NCBI GenBank assembly: GCA_040954595.2
Contig: CM082578.2
Coordinates: 7,301,519 to 7,365,518, forward strand
Source: Balanoglossus misakiensis
Lineage: Eukaryota; Animalia; Hemichordata
Length of the DNA: 64,000 bases
Direction: 5' to 3'
This document shows positions 61,070 through 64,000 of this stretch, piece after piece (within the stretch, counting starts at the first letter, position 1; the number at the start of each line of letters is the position of its first letter). The notes beneath the pieces were generated by a model. That model was not told where the DNA came from and searched no databases. It saw only the letters and a list, made by a program, of their open reading frames with translations. The translations under genes and the position numbers were made by a program.

Positions 61070-64000
61070 AATTTTTCGACTTCCCGAAATTTCAAAATTT
61101 CTTCGATTTTTGATAAAAATCATGGGTTAAAGCTCATGAAAATCATCCAAAAATGACAATTTTTCGACTTCCCGAAATTTCAAAATTTCTTCGACTTTCG
61201 ATAAAAATCATGGGTTATAGCTCATGAAAATCATCCAAAAATGACAATTTCTCGACTTCCCGAAATATCAAAATTTCTTCATTTTTTCGAAAAAATCATG
61301 GGTTATAGCTCATGAAAATCATCCAAAAATGACAATTTTTCGACTTCCCGAAATTTCAAAATTTCTTCGATTTTTGATAAAAATCATGGGTTATAGCTCA
61401 TGAAAATCATCCAAAAATGACAATTTTTCGACTTCCCGAAATTTCAAAATTTCTTCGATTTTTGATAAAAATCATGGGTTAAAGCTCATGAAAATCATCC
61501 AAAAATGACAATTTTTCGACTTCCCGAAATTTCAAAATTTCTTCGATTTTTGATAAAAATCATGGGTTATAGCTCATGAAAATCATCCAAAAATGACAAT
61601 TTTTCGACTTCCCGAAATTTCAAAATTTCTTCGATTTTTGATAAAAATCATGGGTTAAAGCTCATGAAAATCATCCAAAAATGACAATTTTTCGACTTCC
61701 CGAAATTTCAAAATTTCTTCGATTTTTGATAAAAATCATGGGTTATAGCTCATGAAAATCATCCAAAAATGACAATTTTTCGACTTTGCGAAAGTTCAAA
61801 ATTTCTTCATTTTTGATAAAAATCATGGGTTATTGCTCATGAAAATCATCCAAAAATGACAATTTTTCGACTTCCCGAAATATCAAAATTTCTTCATTTT
61901 TTCGAAAAAATCATGGGTTATAGCTCATGAAAATCATCCAAAAATGATAATTTCTCGACTTCCCGAAATATCAAAATTTCTTCATTTTTTCGAAAAATCA
62001 TGGGTTATAGCTCATGAAAATCATCCAAAAATGACAATTTTTCGACTTCCCGAAATTTCAGAATATCTTCGATTTTTGATAAAAATCATGGGTTATAGCT
62101 CATGAAAATCATCCAAAAATGACAATTTTTCGACTTCCCGAAATATCAAAATTTCTTCGATTTTTGATAAAAATCACGGGTTATAGCTCATGAAAATCAT
62201 CCAAAAATGACAATTTCTCGACTTCCCGAAATATCAAAAGTTCTTCATTTTTACGAAAAAATCATGGGTTATAGCTCATGAAAATCATCCAAAAATCACA
62301 ATTTTTCGACTTCCCGAAATATCAAAATTTCTTCATTTTTTCGAAAAAATCATGGGTTATAGCTCATGAAAATCATCCAAAAATGACAATTTTTCGACTT
62401 CCCGAAATTTCATAATTTCTTCGATTTTTGATAAAAATCATGGGTTATAGCTCATGAAAATCATCCAAAAATGACAATTTTTCGACTTCCCGAAATATCA
62501 AAATTTCTTGATTTTTTCGAAAAAATCATGCGTTATAGCTCATGAAAATCATCCAAAAATGAAAATTTTTCGACTTCCCGAAATATCAAAATTTCTTCAT
62601 TTTTTCGAAAAAATCATGGGTTATAGCTCATGAAAATCATTCAAAAATGACAATTTTTCGACTTCCCGAAATATAAAAATTTCTTCATTTTTTCGAAAAA
62701 ATCATGGGTTATAGCTCATGAAAATCATCCAAAAATCACAATTTTTCGACTTCCCGAAATATCAAAATTTCTTCATTTTTTCGAAAAAATCATGGGTTAT
62801 AGCTCATGAAAATCATCCAAAAATGATAATTTCTCGACTTCCCGAAATATCAAAATTTCTTCATTTTTTCGAAAAATCATGGGTTATAGCTCATGAAAAT
62901 CATCCAAAAATGACAATTTTTCGACTTCCCGAAATTACAAAATTTCTTCGATTTTTGATAAAAATCATGGGTTATAGCTCATGAAAATCATCCAAAAATG
63001 ACAATTTTTCGACTTCCCGAAATATCAAAATTTCTTGATTTTTTCGAAAAAATCATGGGTTATAGCTCATGAAAATCATCCAAAAATGACAATTTTTCGA
63101 CTTCCCGAAATATCAAAATTTCTTCATTTTTTCGAAAAAATCATGGGTTATAGCTCATGAAAATCATCCAAAAATGACAATTTTTCGACTTCCCGAAATA
63201 TAAAAATTTCTTCATTTTTTCAAAAAAATCATGGGTTATAGCTCATGAAAATCATCCAAAAATGACAATTTTTCGACTTCCCGAAATATCAAAATTTCTT
63301 CATATTTTCGAAAAAATCATTGGTTATAGCTCATGAAAATCATCCAAAAATGACAATTTTTCGACTTCCCGAAATTTCAAATTTTTTTCGATTTTTGATA
63401 AAAATCATGGGTTATAGCTCATGAAAATCATCCAAAAATGACAATTTTTCGACTTCCCGAAATATCAAAATATCTTCATTTTTTTGAAAAAATCATGGGT
63501 TATAGCTCATGAAAATCATCCAAAAATGACAATTTCTCGACTTCCCGAAATATCAAAATTTCTTCGATTTTTGATAAAAATCATGGGTTATAGCTCATGA
63601 AAATCATCCAAAAATGACAATTTTTCGACTTCCCGAAATTTCAAAATTTCTTCGATTTTTGATAAAAATCATGGGTTAAAGCTCATGAAAATCATCCAAA
63701 AATGACAATTTTTCGACTTCCCGAAATTTCAAAATTTCTTCGATTTTTGATAAAAATCATGGGTTATAGCTCATGAAAATCATCCAAAAATGACAATTTT
63801 TCGACTTTGCGAAAGTTCAAAATTTCTTCATTTTTGATAAAAATCATGGGTTATTGCTCATGAAAATCATCCAAAAATGACAATTTTTCGACTTCCCGAA
63901 ATATCAAAATTTCTTCATTTTTTCGAAAAAATCATGGGTTATAGCTCATGAAAATCATCCAAAAATGATAATTTCTCGACTTCCCGAAATATCAAAATTT
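61070..64000. repeat. AT-rich 88-bp tandem satellite, about 33 copies, continuing past the window end
   Basis: gctcatgaaaatcatcc recurs at 61132, 61220, 61308 and onward (period 88). Consensus aatttttcgacttcccgaaat(t/a)tcaaaatttcttcgatttttgataaaaatcatgggttatagctcatgaaaatcatccaaaaatgac. Confidence 0.97.

Noticed and set aside
59056-61130. 660-680 aa ORFs of MYVC / YIHT repeats
   Set aside because: Stop-free translations of (ACAT)n; the same applies to the short MYVC, YLSI and SLTH ORFs elsewhere.
61070-64000. Regular repeat array as a CRISPR
   Set aside because: Head-to-tail 88-bp monomers with no unique spacers and no cas genes, in eukaryotic context.

Overview
Intron-containing animal genomic DNA; the gene content and repeats suggest a marine invertebrate deuterostome (inference). 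From left to right it holds: the last two coding exons of a PDZRN3/4-type E3 ligase (+); a two-exon enoyl-CoA delta-isomerase ECI1-like gene (-) whose catalytic Glu is replaced by Ala; two tandem single-coding-exon secreted LRR-Ig genes (-); a decayed LINE fragment; two head-to-head CUB-CUB-LDLa-EGF-TM paralogs flanking a solitary B4/H1oo-type linker histone gene that carries a replication-dependent stem-loop; two small EGF-EGF-TM genes with PPxY tails (+); and a proteinase-K-type (S8A) subtilase fused to three EPN-type C-type lectin domains (-). The subtilase's next upstream intron holds about 1.9 kb of (ACAT)n and an 88-bp satellite running off the window. Several non-autonomous DNA transposons and many microsatellites are interspersed. 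All exon models were built by eye from splice sites, phase and domain motifs; none has transcript confirmation.
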